DNA of 32,000 nt from Candidatus Thorarchaeota archaeon (GTDB lineage: Archaea > Asgardarchaeota > Heimdallarchaeia > Hodarchaeales > Hodarchaeaceae), in assembly GCA_048882505.1 (NCBI GenBank), contig JBHLRO010000005.1, forward strand, positions 150,001-182,000. The letters run 5' to 3'. Below the pieces are notes generated by a model. It saw only the letters and a program-made list of their open reading frames with translations, was not told the origin of the DNA and did no database searches. Below, piece after piece: positions 17,953 to 28,003 of the stretch. Within the stretch, counting starts at the first letter, position 1; each line of letters starts with the position of its first letter. A program made the position numbers and the translations under genes.

Positions 17953-18963
17953 TTATCCTCCCTCTTTCGGCAATCTTCGCCTCAAAATCTCTATTCCAAT
18001 GGCCATTATTAATAAAAAGGAAATTGTATCAAATCCAGGTGTTGTTGTTGTAGATTGGGATGGTGGCGGTCCAGTCCCGCCTGTAAGAGTGGGGGCACTT
18101 CCCCCTACCGTAAACGACGTATTTGGAGGATTGATATGGGTAAAGATAACCTTATTTTCCAAATCAACCCCCGTTGTGCCTGCCATATCCCAAGTTGATA
18201 GTATTGGATCAAAAGCGAAAATACGGAGAGTTGAAGGGTCTATTCCTAAGCTATCTATAAGATTCCAGTTCAAATAGGAAATATTTATCCAAAGTTCTGA
18301 TACCCCGTTGAGAGAATATCCAATTTCTAGGTAATAGTGCGTAAGTATGATATTAGGGTTTTCCAATTGAAATTCGTCTAACGCCTCTTCAGAGCCAACA
18401 ATAGGGGTAGAAGAAGGAGTGATCGTAAAATCTAGGGTTTGGTTTACAGTTGGTATTACCTCTGATCTAGGAGTCCCCTCTAGGGAAATCATATGTATTC
18501 CTGGGTTCAATTCTTTGGTGTAGATAACGTGGACAAATACCGAATCTTTTTCCGATACTGTTGTATTATCGTATCCAAAGCCTGTAGCAATAAAACTAAA
18601 ATTATGACTCCCAGGCTGCAAAAGAAATTGGGAAATGTAGAATGATTGGGTTGTATTTCCAGCGAAGGATCTCATCTCAACTGGATCTCCATTTAGGAGG
18701 AGCTCCCAGGAATCCCCGAAGGCATTAATTAGTTCTATATCCCAAGCTATAAGAGCCTGTGTATCATTTGGAGAAACTTTGATGTCCGGGGGCGATGAAA
18801 GAACAATCGAACTGTTCTTGTCTCCACTTTGAGTCAAAAAATACTTATGAAAGTCCTTCTCATCGGCCGCATAGCCACCTACCATTAACGATATGTTGAA
18901 TAAGATGCCAAGAATAATTAGGGGAAGAATCATTAAAAAAGCGAGGCCTTTTTTTGGCTGCAC
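17953..18963 (-). CDS. Secreted surface glycoprotein with PGF-CTERM-type C-terminal sorting signal
   Basis: GTG 18963 gives a signal peptide (MQPKKG followed by a hydrophobic run); the track start at 19125 is probably too long. At least 8 sequons, a Ser/Thr/Pro linker, and 'TTTTPGFDTISFLLIMAIGIEILRRR' (PGF + TM + basic). Confidence 0.85.
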   Translation of the reverse strand: MQPKKGLAFLMILPLIILGILFNISLMVGGYAADEKDFHKYFLTQSGDKNSSIVLSSPPDIKVSPNDTQALIAWDIELINAFGDSWELLLNGDPVEMRSFAGNTTQSFYISQFLLQPGSHNFSFIATGFGYDNTTVSEKDSVFVHVIYTKELNPGIHMISLEGTPRSEVIPTVNQTLDFTITPSSTPIVGSEEALDEFQLENPNIILTHYYLEIGYSLNGVSELWINISYLNWNLIDSLGIDPSTLRIFAFDPILSTWDMAGTTGVDLENKVIFTHINPPNTSFTVGGSAPTLTGGTGPPPSQSTTTTPGFDTISFLLIMAIGIEILRRRLPKEGG

Positions 18964-19283
18964 GATTAAAACCCGTCCTTTTGAATTTTCTATTGACCGA
19001 AACGACAACCTGGAACCGTTGAAGGAGTCCCTCATAAAAACTTGGCCCAACGTAGAGCATAAAGTAGATTGAGAGTCCTTTGGGGCATCTGAAAAACTCG
19101 AGGAACTTTTCCTGTTACATTTCACTAGAATTGAATAATGTTCCTACAGATGAATTGGGAGTACTACGCCTTAGTATCGATCTATTCGCTAATATGCTGA
19201 TATCAATGTAATCCTTTAATCTTCTATGCATTGATTTTGAAAGATTTCGGAGTTAGTGAAGTTTTGATCTGCTTAGACAAGAG

Positions 19284-21770
19284 TTATTCAATGACTCGAA
19301 GAGCAGATGGTAAATCGATTTTGATGAGTTTTCGGATTGAAAAAAGGGGCGAAATCGCTACAACGACAACTCCAATGAAGAGAATGATGGAAATACTATC
19401 AGGATATAGGATTCCAGTTAGGTTTATTTCAGGCATTGAGATCCTAATTTGGGACTGGAATATCTCCATTACTATAAATCCCAATGGGTAATATCCAAGG
19501 GCTGTTCCAAAGATCCCGATAATAACACTTTCTATTAGTAACATCCAGGTAGACGTTCGAATTGGTGTTCCAAAAGCACCCATCGTTGCAAATTCTCTAA
19601 TTCGTTCGTCAAAATTTATTGTGGCTGTATTGAACGCGATTAGGAGCGCTAATGCCATCACAGCATATTGAATCACGGTAAGAATTGACGTAAATAACTC
19701 TATCAGTTCTTCGTACGTTTCGACCAGTCGACTGATTGTTTGTGCTCCACTATATCCGGAAATCTCGAAAAGATCCGCCTGGACTGACTCGATGCTAATT
19801 CCTGACTTTGGAACTAACATCATTGCGTTTATCAACCCCGTAGTATTAAGCATATTGGTGTTAGATATATCCATGAATGCCCAGAATCGAACTTGACTGC
19901 CATAGATGCCTATAACTTCAACAGTCGAATTTATGGTTGAATATTGAAAAGCTGATTCGCGATACAAATGTTCGAGAATGATTCGATCTCCTATTGAAAC
20001 TCCTAGATCTCCTGCTGTTTTCCTTGAAAGAATGATACCCGGAACTGAAGGTTTTCTGGTTTGGTTACCTTCCACTAATTCAGGAACCCAGATTTCATTT
20101 TCCAAGTCAAAAAAATATAGCGTGAGAGGAAAAGAATCTCTAGAGTTAAATAACGTACCAGGAATTTGTACAGTCGAAACAACTTTTTCTAGTTTGGTGT
20201 TTTGTGTCAAATTTTCTATAGGCGGATTCGAAGCATTTAGAAAGTTACTAAAAACAACGTTAATCCGATTTGGAGAATTAGTTTCCATAATCTCTTGTTC
20301 ACGATCGAGCAGATTGTTGGCTCCGTCTAGTAAGGCAAGAATCGCTACTAGTACACAGAGGGCTAAAGCCACACCAATAATTGTAGAGAATGTGCGTCTC
20401 GGATTTCTGGCGAAATTTCGAAAAGGGAGTTGAACAAAGATTGATCCAGGAACGTCAGCCCGCTCCAACAGTGGGGCGGCACCTTTCCCAGTAGATAAGG
20501 AATAACCAGTGTGAATGGCGTGAATCGGGGGCATCCTAACCGCTCTTATGATCGGAATGATCGTAGCAGAGAAAGGGATTAAAATTCCCAATATAGCTCC
20601 TTGGATGAAGAGTTCAGTGACTAACCACTGTTCCCATATCGGAAAAGACACCAATTCGGATAAGACATCTCCTATCCATCCTCCAATGAGAACCGAAAGA
20701 AGAAATCCTAAAACAACTCCTCCTAAAGCAATTTCGAATGAAAAAATAAGATACCGATAGGCAAGATTCAGCGGAGGGACTCCCAAAGCCATGTTAATTC
20801 CGATTTGCCTACGGTGCGAGGTTACTACTCTGGAAACGAGATTGAACGTTCCAAATGCTGCGGCCAATAAAACGATGAATGAAATGACGAAGTATAGCTC
20901 GGCGTCATTTTTAATATCTTCTTTTTGAATTCTATACGATGGTTGGTCTTCTTTTTCGATGAAATTTATGTCCACCGTGGAAAACTTCGTCTCAAAAGCC
21001 GTCGATATTTCCATCTTTAAGGTCGACATATCTTCTTCGGAAATTTCAGGGCTTAGCAAAAAAATTGCTTCATTCACCCTATCATTGGGCAAACCAGGAA
21101 TGAATTGGCGGGCAAGCATTTGAGCAGTTAGAATTGGCATGAATAGGGCACAAAATGCTGATTCTGCTAGGAAAGAATTCTCTTCAACTACCATAAAATA
21201 CTCTGGACTCATCCCTGTTCCAACAAAGGAAATATTGTTGCCTCCGGGAAGCAAAATTGCCTGGGTGTTTGGCTTTAAGCCATAATAATCAGCGAAATTA
21301 TATTCTAGTATGCATACTGAAGCGTTTGTGTCGGAACCATCAAGATCCCTTCCTTCAATTATTTTAATTCCATTTACAGTAAGATTCTCGGTTCCGTTAG
21401 AAGTATCTATTCCAATAATTCGACCGTTGACCAGAATACTTCGGTTGATATTTGAAGCATTTACGGAAATGGGAAGAATTACACGGAATTCCCTCGCAAT
21501 AATCCACTCTGAATGAGGCAGAGTCTCTATAAGTGCTTTAAGTTCTGTTTTATTCACCCAACCGCCTTGGGTCAAAGCCATTTTCAAATCAAACATCTTG
21601 AGCTGCTCATTGCTTTGATCAAACGCAAATTGCCGCCAATGGATTGTGCTGCTTAATCCGACGTAAGATCCTGTCCCCAACCCGATAATCAAGGATATGG
21701 CAATTACCTGAATTTTGCGTTCCTTCAAGTCTCGAAAGGACCACCGGAGCAACAGTCTTAGACTGGTCAT
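19284..21770 (-). CDS. FtsX/MacB-type ABC transporter permease (duplicated, about 8 TM)
   Basis: Two FtsX halves ('RRQIGINMALG', 'RIREFATMGAFG'), the mid-protein 'FRNFARNPRRTFSTI' motif and sequon-rich extracellular domains. Confidence 0.92.
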   Translation of the reverse strand: MTSLRLLLRWSFRDLKERKIQVIAISLIIGLGTGSYVGLSSTIHWRQFAFDQSNEQLKMFDLKMALTQGGWVNKTELKALIETLPHSEWIIAREFRVILPISVNASNINRSILVNGRIIGIDTSNGTENLTVNGIKIIEGRDLDGSDTNASVCILEYNFADYYGLKPNTQAILLPGGNNISFVGTGMSPEYFMVVEENSFLAESAFCALFMPILTAQMLARQFIPGLPNDRVNEAIFLLSPEISEEDMSTLKMEISTAFETKFSTVDINFIEKEDQPSYRIQKEDIKNDAELYFVISFIVLLAAAFGTFNLVSRVVTSHRRQIGINMALGVPPLNLAYRYLIFSFEIALGGVVLGFLLSVLIGGWIGDVLSELVSFPIWEQWLVTELFIQGAILGILIPFSATIIPIIRAVRMPPIHAIHTGYSLSTGKGAAPLLERADVPGSIFVQLPFRNFARNPRRTFSTIIGVALALCVLVAILALLDGANNLLDREQEIMETNSPNRINVVFSNFLNASNPPIENLTQNTKLEKVVSTVQIPGTLFNSRDSFPLTLYFFDLENEIWVPELVEGNQTRKPSVPGIILSRKTAGDLGVSIGDRIILEHLYRESAFQYSTINSTVEVIGIYGSQVRFWAFMDISNTNMLNTTGLINAMMLVPKSGISIESVQADLFEISGYSGAQTISRLVETYEELIELFTSILTVIQYAVMALALLIAFNTATINFDERIREFATMGAFGTPIRTSTWMLLIESVIIGIFGTALGYYPLGFIVMEIFQSQIRISMPEINLTGILYPDSISIILFIGVVVVAISPLFSIRKLIKIDLPSALRVIE

Positions 21771-21776
21771 ATCTGA

Positions 21777-22490
21777 TCACCATTCAAGAAGATTTACATC
21801 CACCCTTCCCCCTCTGGGCGGACCATCAGAAACAACTTGTCCTGCTCTGAGTTCAATAACTCTTTGAGCCATCTTAGAGATCTCCCGATTATGTGTTACA
21901 AGTAGAACAGTTTTGGCCCTTTGTTTCTGCTCTGAAAGGAGTCTAAGTATCTGTCTTCCAGTCCTGAAATCCAATTCTCCTGTAGGTTCATCTGCAAGGA
22001 TGATTGGCGCATCTTTTACCAAAGCACGCGCTATCGCCACACGTTGCTGCTCTCCTCCGCTTAATTGGTGAGGGAAATGGCGGATACGATCGCTTAATCC
22101 GACCTTGTCCAAGGCCACAATTGCTTTGTGTCTGCTATGTTTTAATCCTGCTAAATCGGCCACGTACTGAACGTTTTCTAAAGCAGAGAGGGTTGGAAAG
22201 AGATTAAATGTCTGAAAGATAAAACCAATGGTTTCACGTCTAAATGTAAACTGCGCCTGCCGTTTTATCTTAGAGATGTCTTTCTCTCCAACTATTAACC
22301 TTCCACTCGTCGGGGTTTCAAGAGCACCAACCATATTTAACAATGTGGTTTTTCCAGACCCTGATGGGCCTAAAACTACCACGATTTCCCCCTGGCCAAT
22401 TATTAAATTGATATCGTCGAGAGCTTTGACTGTAACTGAACCCATTGTATAGTGTTTGGAGAGTTTTACTAGTTCGATAGTATGATTCAT
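21777..22490 (-). CDS. ABC transporter ATP-binding protein (LolD/MacB-like)
   Basis: Walker [10 protein letters not shown]-loop 'FIFQTFNL', signature LSGGEQQR, Walker B 'ILADEPTG' and H-loop 'VTHN'. Ends 6 nt before the permease start. Confidence 0.96.
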   Translation of the reverse strand: MNHTIELVKLSKHYTMGSVTVKALDDINLIIGQGEIVVVLGPSGSGKTTLLNMVGALETPTSGRLIVGEKDISKIKRQAQFTFRRETIGFIFQTFNLFPTLSALENVQYVADLAGLKHSRHKAIVALDKVGLSDRIRHFPHQLSGGEQQRVAIARALVKDAPIILADEPTGELDFRTGRQILRLLSEQKQRAKTVLLVTHNREISKMAQRVIELRAGQVVSDGPPRGGRVDVNLLEW

Positions 22491-22514
22491 CAGATTTCAC
22501 ACGTCTGTTATCTG

Positions 22515-22522
22515 CATATAAA
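22515..22522 (-). promoter_or_regulatory. Putative archaeal TATA box (TTTATATG) for the ABC ATPase/permease operon
   Basis: Ends 24 nt upstream of ATG 22490, a spacing that fits a leaderless or very short-leader transcript. Motif-only evidence. Confidence 0.4.
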
Positions 22523-22845
22523 TTCAACCAAAACCATGATAAACGATGTGATTTGGCCGATTTTTTTTCCTTTTAATCTGCCCAAGGGGCAATTGAATCG
22601 CTTAACCGAAATATCGTGCATCCTTTCAATGTTTTAAGAAATGGAGTAAGTTCTTTCTTATCTGCACATCCTAAAATGCTACTCTTATTTTGAAAAGGAG
22701 AAACCGCAATTTGACTAGTGATTGAATCTCGCTCTCATAGGTTTAATAATGGAGCGGACCTTGAAAGTATTATTAGAAAAATCATCTTCACGTGATTTTG
22801 AACCAGGTTATTATAGGAAGGGATGCAATCTGACCACACAGTTCC

Positions 22846-24657
22846 TTAGGCTGGCGCGAAAATTTCTTCCTTGATACTCTCGGGTTTCTTACGTCGTTTT
22901 TGTATGATGGATCGGAGTACCCAAAACACACCGAACAGGAACCCTGCGAAAAAAGTTACTGACTCGACATACTTAAACACCAACATCGCCGAAGTTAAAA
23001 TGCTTTGAACCAATCTAAATGGAGCGTCCTGAGGTCCCGTAAAGTTGGGTGCTTCTTGTATTGTATACAGATCAGATAAGATGTTGGTTACAATTAAGGT
23101 AAAGGTCGTTGAAACCAGTAAAAAGAAGATTGATAATCGATCTTTTACTCTAGGGGTAATAATCGTAACAGAAAGGAATTTGAAGATACCTGCCATTATA
23201 AAGTAGAGCGGTACCAGTAGGAGAGGGACCAACTTGAAACTGGGCAGAATACTAGTTAGCCAATCGGAAAGCGACAGTATTACTTCATTGTATATATAAA
23301 AAAAGAACGGCGGGAGTTTAATATCAATTTGGAAGAACAAAAGTCGTTCTATCAATAGTTCGAGCGTCCCAGCTAAACTATTCCATAAGATCCCAAACCA
23401 GAAAAACAATAATACAAGATATTTCGAAAAAACAACAACTCGGGGAGGAGAACTGGCGATAATGTGTCCTGTTCTAGCAATCTCTACTCCTCGATACATT
23501 GCTGACGCAATAGCAAGGATCGCAAACCCTTCTGCAAAACCTACAATCATCGTTGCAATAATTGTGACGATAACAAAATCTAGTTGGATAATACTCAGAA
23601 TATCCACTGCTCGGACTGGCAAACTGGTTATAAAGGCTTGAACCAATTCTACTCCAACGAATGGGATAACGCCCGCTTGAACCTGCTGAAAGACATCCCA
23701 ACCTGACCATAAGAAGACAGGTGCAAAATAGAGTACCCCGATAAGAGGAATAATTAGAAGAGCGTTTACACTGGTTACGAAAGCAGTCAGTTTGACGCTT
23801 CTCCATAATATTAGGAAAATTGTTTTCACAAGCTGATAAAACCACCAAAGAAATAGAGGGATGGTAATCAGCGAGGCAATATTACCCACTAGCTTTATCT
23901 CGGGATTGGTTACCGATATTGTCAAATATTGGGCATATGCGATGAATAGCGGGATTAATAGCCAGAAAAGTATCTTATACAGAGTTTTTGTCTCCGATTC
24001 TTCCTCTTGGGGAGTCTCGTCCTTTTTCATTCTACTGGCTACCCGTTTTCTCCCCAAGGCGGTAAGAATCGCCAAAAAAACTATAACTGAAAAAGCAATA
24101 ATGACTATAAAGAAGAAATCAAAATAAATATTCCTTACTGTTTGATAATACTCCCTAGGATCAGATAAGTCAGTAAGTCCTGGAATCTCGGCATTTAATC
24201 TCGTTAGGATCCAAGTCATTACCCATACTGGCAGTAACTGTAAATAAGCTTCCTGTAAGAAGACGTCAAGCAATAAATAGCAGCATGAACAGAAAGAAAG
24301 GGCTAATGCAGCAAAAAGAAAAAATTTAAAACTTCTATACTCAATCTTGCCAGATTCAGGATCACGAAGTCCAAATTCCTCGGCCATATCCACCAAAACG
24401 ATCTTAGAAAAGCCCAACAACACGAGAAAGAAGCATATACTGGATAGAGTCATAGCCACTAGAAATGTGGGTTCTTGGGGGATCATACGAAAATCTAAAA
24501 CCGCGAAATTTTCAATGTCATCCGAAGCAATCATTACTCCGATTATCAGGAGTGCCATAAACAAGAATCCCAAAATTTTATAGAATTGGGCTTTTAGATA
24601 GTGTTTCCATGGGATTCGGGTTACAGCTTCTTTTGTTGTCGCTATTGCCGAAGACAT
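22846..24657 (-). CDS. Hypothetical polytopic membrane protein (about 12-14 TM)
   Basis: Many hydrophobic segments and a charged loop 'RKRVASRMKKDETPQEEESE'. ATG 24657 is preceded by GAGGAGGGAAGTGAT, so it is preferred over TTG 24678. Confidence 0.8.
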   Translation of the reverse strand: MSSAIATTKEAVTRIPWKHYLKAQFYKILGFLFMALLIIGVMIASDDIENFAVLDFRMIPQEPTFLVAMTLSSICFFLVLLGFSKIVLVDMAEEFGLRDPESGKIEYRSFKFFLFAALALSFCSCCYLLLDVFLQEAYLQLLPVWVMTWILTRLNAEIPGLTDLSDPREYYQTVRNIYFDFFFIVIIAFSVIVFLAILTALGRKRVASRMKKDETPQEEESETKTLYKILFWLLIPLFIAYAQYLTISVTNPEIKLVGNIASLITIPLFLWWFYQLVKTIFLILWRSVKLTAFVTSVNALLIIPLIGVLYFAPVFLWSGWDVFQQVQAGVIPFVGVELVQAFITSLPVRAVDILSIIQLDFVIVTIIATMIVGFAEGFAILAIASAMYRGVEIARTGHIIASSPPRVVVFSKYLVLLFFWFGILWNSLAGTLELLIERLLFFQIDIKLPPFFFYIYNEVILSLSDWLTSILPSFKLVPLLLVPLYFIMAGIFKFLSVTIITPRVKDRLSIFFLLVSTTFTLIVTNILSDLYTIQEAPNFTGPQDAPFRLVQSILTSAMLVFKYVESVTFFAGFLFGVFWVLRSIIQKRRKKPESIKEEIFAPA

Positions 24658-24789
24658 CTGGATCACTTCCCTCCTCAATGATCTCCATAAAAAACATAGG
24701 TATTAATTGAGGCGAATTCGTAAAAAGAAGGTCTTAAAGAGTTAAGATTATCACGCTCCTCAATAATTGGTGATGGTTTTAACCTTTAA

Positions 24790-25374
24790 ATGATGACTGG
24801 AGAGAACTTCATGAACGAACTAGCAAAGCGGAGCCCGAGCTATCATCTAAAGATCATTGTTTGCGGATCAGGTGCAGTTGGTAAAACCAGTATCATCCAA
24901 CGGTACGTCCACGATCGGTTCGAACACAACTACCTTCTCACGGTTGGCGTAGAACCATCAAATCGGCTATTAGAGATCAATGGAAAGAGTGGGCCCAAAC
25001 TAGTTAATCTCTTGATCTATGATGTAGCTGGGCAGAAGCAATTTCAAACTTTCAGGGATATATTTTTTAGAAAGGCACATGCCGCCTTGCTAGTATTCGA
25101 TCTCACTCGCCCTGAAACCCTGGAAGACCTTTATGATTGGAAGGAGCAGATTGACAATCGGCTAGGAGAGGATCAAATCCCACTTATTCTGTGTGGTAAT
25201 AAATCAGATTTGGAAGATTCTATTGATATAGACTATGGGAAGCTCGAGGATGAGATAATTCCTGATCTTTCCCCGATAAAATATCTGGAAACATCTGCCC
25301 TGGCAGACATAAATATTCGTAAAGCGTTTAAAATTCTCACTTCTGAGATATTGCGGAGAAAAAGTATTCTCTAG
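24790..25374 (+). CDS. Rab-like small GTPase (Ras superfamily)
   Basis: G1 GSGAVGKT, G2 TVGVE, G3 DVAGQ, G4 NKSD, G5 ETSA, and the Rab-like 'LVFDLT'. No C-terminal Cys. ATG 24811 (GGAG upstream) is a likely alternative start. Confidence 0.95.
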   Translation: MMTGENFMNELAKRSPSYHLKIIVCGSGAVGKTSIIQRYVHDRFEHNYLLTVGVEPSNRLLEINGKSGPKLVNLLIYDVAGQKQFQTFRDIFFRKAHAALLVFDLTRPETLEDLYDWKEQIDNRLGEDQIPLILCGNKSDLEDSIDIDYGKLEDEIIPDLSPIKYLETSALADINIRKAFKILTSEILRRKSIL

Positions 25375-26156
25375 GTTTTTACTTCCCAGAACAAGCCATC
25401 AGATGTGTGAATAGTATCTACACCCGCGATAGAATCGTTTTGAAAGGCTTGAGACAATTTTTTGAGACTGGAACGGCGGCAAGGATGTTTCCACTCGATT
25501 TTAAGCTTTGAACTATATACTTCGATGGGTATTCCAATATCACACACGTATAGGTCTCCTATACTTTCAGGTAACGCCTTTAACAATCCAGACTTGACAA
25601 AAGCGATAGTTAACGTAATATTGGGATAAACCTGTCCGTAATTCTCGCCTGTTGTTACATCAAGACCAGAAGGGGCATCCAAAGAAATGACATTGGAACA
25701 AGTCTTCATATACCCAAAAACCTCTTCGGACAAGCTATCTTTACGGGATTTAAACCCATATCCAATGTAACAATCAAGAGTGACTGAAGGCGTTTGAGGG
25801 TCAGGAATGTAAGGTGGGAGAAATCCATGAATCGGGATTCCGATTTTTATTGCACGTCTTGCCTGAGCCAAAGGGACAGAACCCAGACTGGATATACCCT
25901 TTGGCAAAAAAACCGCTGTTGGTATTCCCCAAGCAAGCAACCTTCGTGCTGCAACTAAACCTCCCCCTCCATTATTGCCCGAACCAGCTATAACGTGTAC
26001 AAGAGAGTTTTTTTTATTTATATTACATGCTTTGACTGTAAACCGGGCCAAACTAAGTCCGGCGTTCTCCATCATAAGTTCTGCCCCTATGCCAAATTCC
26101 TCCGTCATTATTCTGTCAACTTCAACCATTTGACTCTTAGAAATTCCGGGTAACAA
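25371..26156 (-). CDS. nnrE: NAD(P)H-hydrate epimerase (YjeF N-terminal family), standalone
   Basis: 'LMMENAG', 'GSGNNGGGGLVAARRL', 'SLDAPSGLD', 'TLTIAFVKSGL' and 'DIGIP'. Confidence 0.88.
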   Translation of the reverse strand: MLPGISKSQMVEVDRIMTEEFGIGAELMMENAGLSLARFTVKACNINKKNSLVHVIAGSGNNGGGGLVAARRLLAWGIPTAVFLPKGISSLGSVPLAQARRAIKIGIPIHGFLPPYIPDPQTPSVTLDCYIGYGFKSRKDSLSEEVFGYMKTCSNVISLDAPSGLDVTTGENYGQVYPNITLTIAFVKSGLLKALPESIGDLYVCDIGIPIEVYSSKLKIEWKHPCRRSSLKKLSQAFQNDSIAGVDTIHTSDGLFWEVKT

Positions 26157-26294
26157 TTTTTTGCTATTCCTTTACCAAAATTGCGTAAAATCTGTTAAAT
26201 AAACCTACCCAACCAGATTAACATCTCATTAACATTAAACAGAAATTCTGTCATTGCCCAATAAACTGTATATTATATAATTAAAAGCCTTAGT

Positions 26295-26732
26295 TTACCC
26301 AAATAACTTTTTAGCTCTTTCTGCTGGTCGCAATTTAAGGTCTTCAAACTCCTTTTTTATGAAATTCTTAAAATCTTGTGCGGCTTCCGAGTTACCTATA
26401 TCAGGATCGTCCAAAGAAAAAAAACTTTCTCGAACTTTCCTGAGAATGTTGGTTAATCGATCTTGGATTGCTTTTTCTCCTTTCTTGCGTTCACAAATGA
26501 CATATACCGAGCAGTCCTCCTCGCTCATTAGCTCGGTTTTGGCAAAATATATCGAGAATTTCTCTAGGGTAAAATCCCTAATATCATCAGAAAACGCCGT
26601 TTTGACAAATTGTTGGAGAGCGGTTAAAAAACCTGCAGTCATGATTGGATCACCCGATACCCCTGGACGGAAATCAATGTGAATCACTGGGAGTCCAGCT
26701 CTAGAAATCACACCAACTTCATAAACGGCCAT
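26295..26732 (-). CDS. Longin-like domain protein
   Basis: beta-beta-alpha-beta-beta-beta-alpha-alpha pattern: 'VGVISRAGLPV', 'MTAGFLTALQQFVKTAF', three short strands, then 'IQDRLTNILRKV' and 'DFKNFIKKEF'. Fold assigned by eye. Confidence 0.78.
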   Translation of the reverse strand: MAVYEVGVISRAGLPVIHIDFRPGVSGDPIMTAGFLTALQQFVKTAFSDDIRDFTLEKFSIYFAKTELMSEEDCSVYVICERKKGEKAIQDRLTNILRKVRESFFSLDDPDIGNSEAAQDFKNFIKKEFEDLKLRPAERAKKLFG

Positions 26733-27136
26733 TTTTACTTACCATCAAGCTTGAATTACGAAACAGATAACATCGTTAAATAGGTGTTTGAGCTGGGTTT
26801 CAAGGAAACAGAGACCTTTTAAGACATGTCTATTAACAAGGACCGTTTCTATTCCAGCTATCTCGAGAAATTTCCCCTCGAATCCTGAACGTCGATCCTG
26901 AAGGTCTCGGACAGCAACTCCATTCACTCACAAAGATAAATTTTAGCAGTTCAAATTGGATCTGTTGTTAAAACTGCCTTAACTGGCTTATTAAAGCCGG
27001 TGGTATATCTTTTCAGGGAGCCATGGACGAAAATTGTCAATTCACTTGTTATCTTAGCCGTTATTATCTTGAAAACTACCTTTGTTAACACAGTAATGGA
27101 TTCCTCGAACTTGATTATATATCTGAATTCATTATA

Positions 27137-28003
27137 TCACTTCGAGCGTTCATAGGTAACGACAAGAACTCCTAAAGCGCATAAGAAACCACCAATGAAT
27201 GCAAAAAACGAAAATTCACCAAGAAAAAACCAACCAAGTACGAGAGAGACGATGGGGACTAGGAATTGAATATTGCCCGCGGCAATTGTACCGTATCGTT
27301 GGATAAGACCAAGATAAAGGGTGAATGCAACGGCTGCTGCGCCAAGCCCAACCACTATAATTCCCCATATGCTCAGAAAGGTAAATTTCTCCATGGGCGG
27401 CCAAGGCTCAGTAGCCAAGTTAATCACTAGGAGGATTAAGGAAGCTAGGCCCAGGTTTATGGATGTGATTTCTATTTCTTTGCCTTTCCATTCGGTAAAA
27501 AAACGACGCAATGATAAAGAATATCCAGCCCACGCTACGCCTGATAAAAAACCTAGGCCATTCCCTATCAAAAAGGTTTCACTTAATATCAACGATGAGT
27601 CTTCAAAAGATGCCAAGAGAACTAATAGTAATCCCATCGTGGCAATTAAGACACCTAAACTTCTTTTTCGGGAATAAATCTCGTCAGTGATAAATGGCGC
27701 GGCCAAATAGATTAATGCCGGATTGAAATTTAATAAAATTGAGCTAGATGTTCCTAAAATGTAGTTAACGGAAAAATTTTGGCCGAATGCCATCAGAATA
27801 AGCCAAAAGGAGCAGATTAATAGGGAGTTTTTTTTCCTTTTAAGTACCTGAAGAACCGTCCCTCCCCTCCTATTAAGGAGGATAATGAGAGACAAAGAAA
27901 AAAACGCGATAAAATATCTTATGAATCCGAAAAAAAAGCCTGGGAACGTACCAGAACCTACTAGGAGTTTAGACACCAACGGGGGCGTTCCCCATAATAT
28001 CAC
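27137..28003 (-). CDS. DMT-superfamily (EamA-like) transporter
   Basis: About 10 TM in two repeats, 'ILWGT', 'RYFIAF', 'SGVAWAGYSL' and 'IQFLVPIVSLVLGWFFLGE'. The true start is probably upstream of GTG 28003 (see findings). Confidence 0.92.
   Translation of the reverse strand: MILWGTPPLVSKLLVGSGTFPGFFFGFIRYFIAFFSLSLIILLNRRGGTVLQVLKRKKNSLLICSFWLILMAFGQNFSVNYILGTSSSILLNFNPALIYLAAPFITDEIYSRKRSLGVLIATMGLLLVLLASFEDSSLILSETFLIGNGLGFLSGVAWAGYSLSLRRFFTEWKGKEIEITSINLGLASLILLVINLATEPWPPMEKFTFLSIWGIIVVGLGAAAVAFTLYLGLIQRYGTIAAGNIQFLVPIVSLVLGWFFLGEFSFFAFIGGFLCALGVLVVTYERSK

Noticed and set aside
26745-27136. 60-aa GTG-started ORF (26745-26927) ending 12 nt before the longin gene, plus short open frames on both strands at 26940-27136
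   Set aside because: No motif, weak start context and mutually competing frames. It cannot be supported without homology data.
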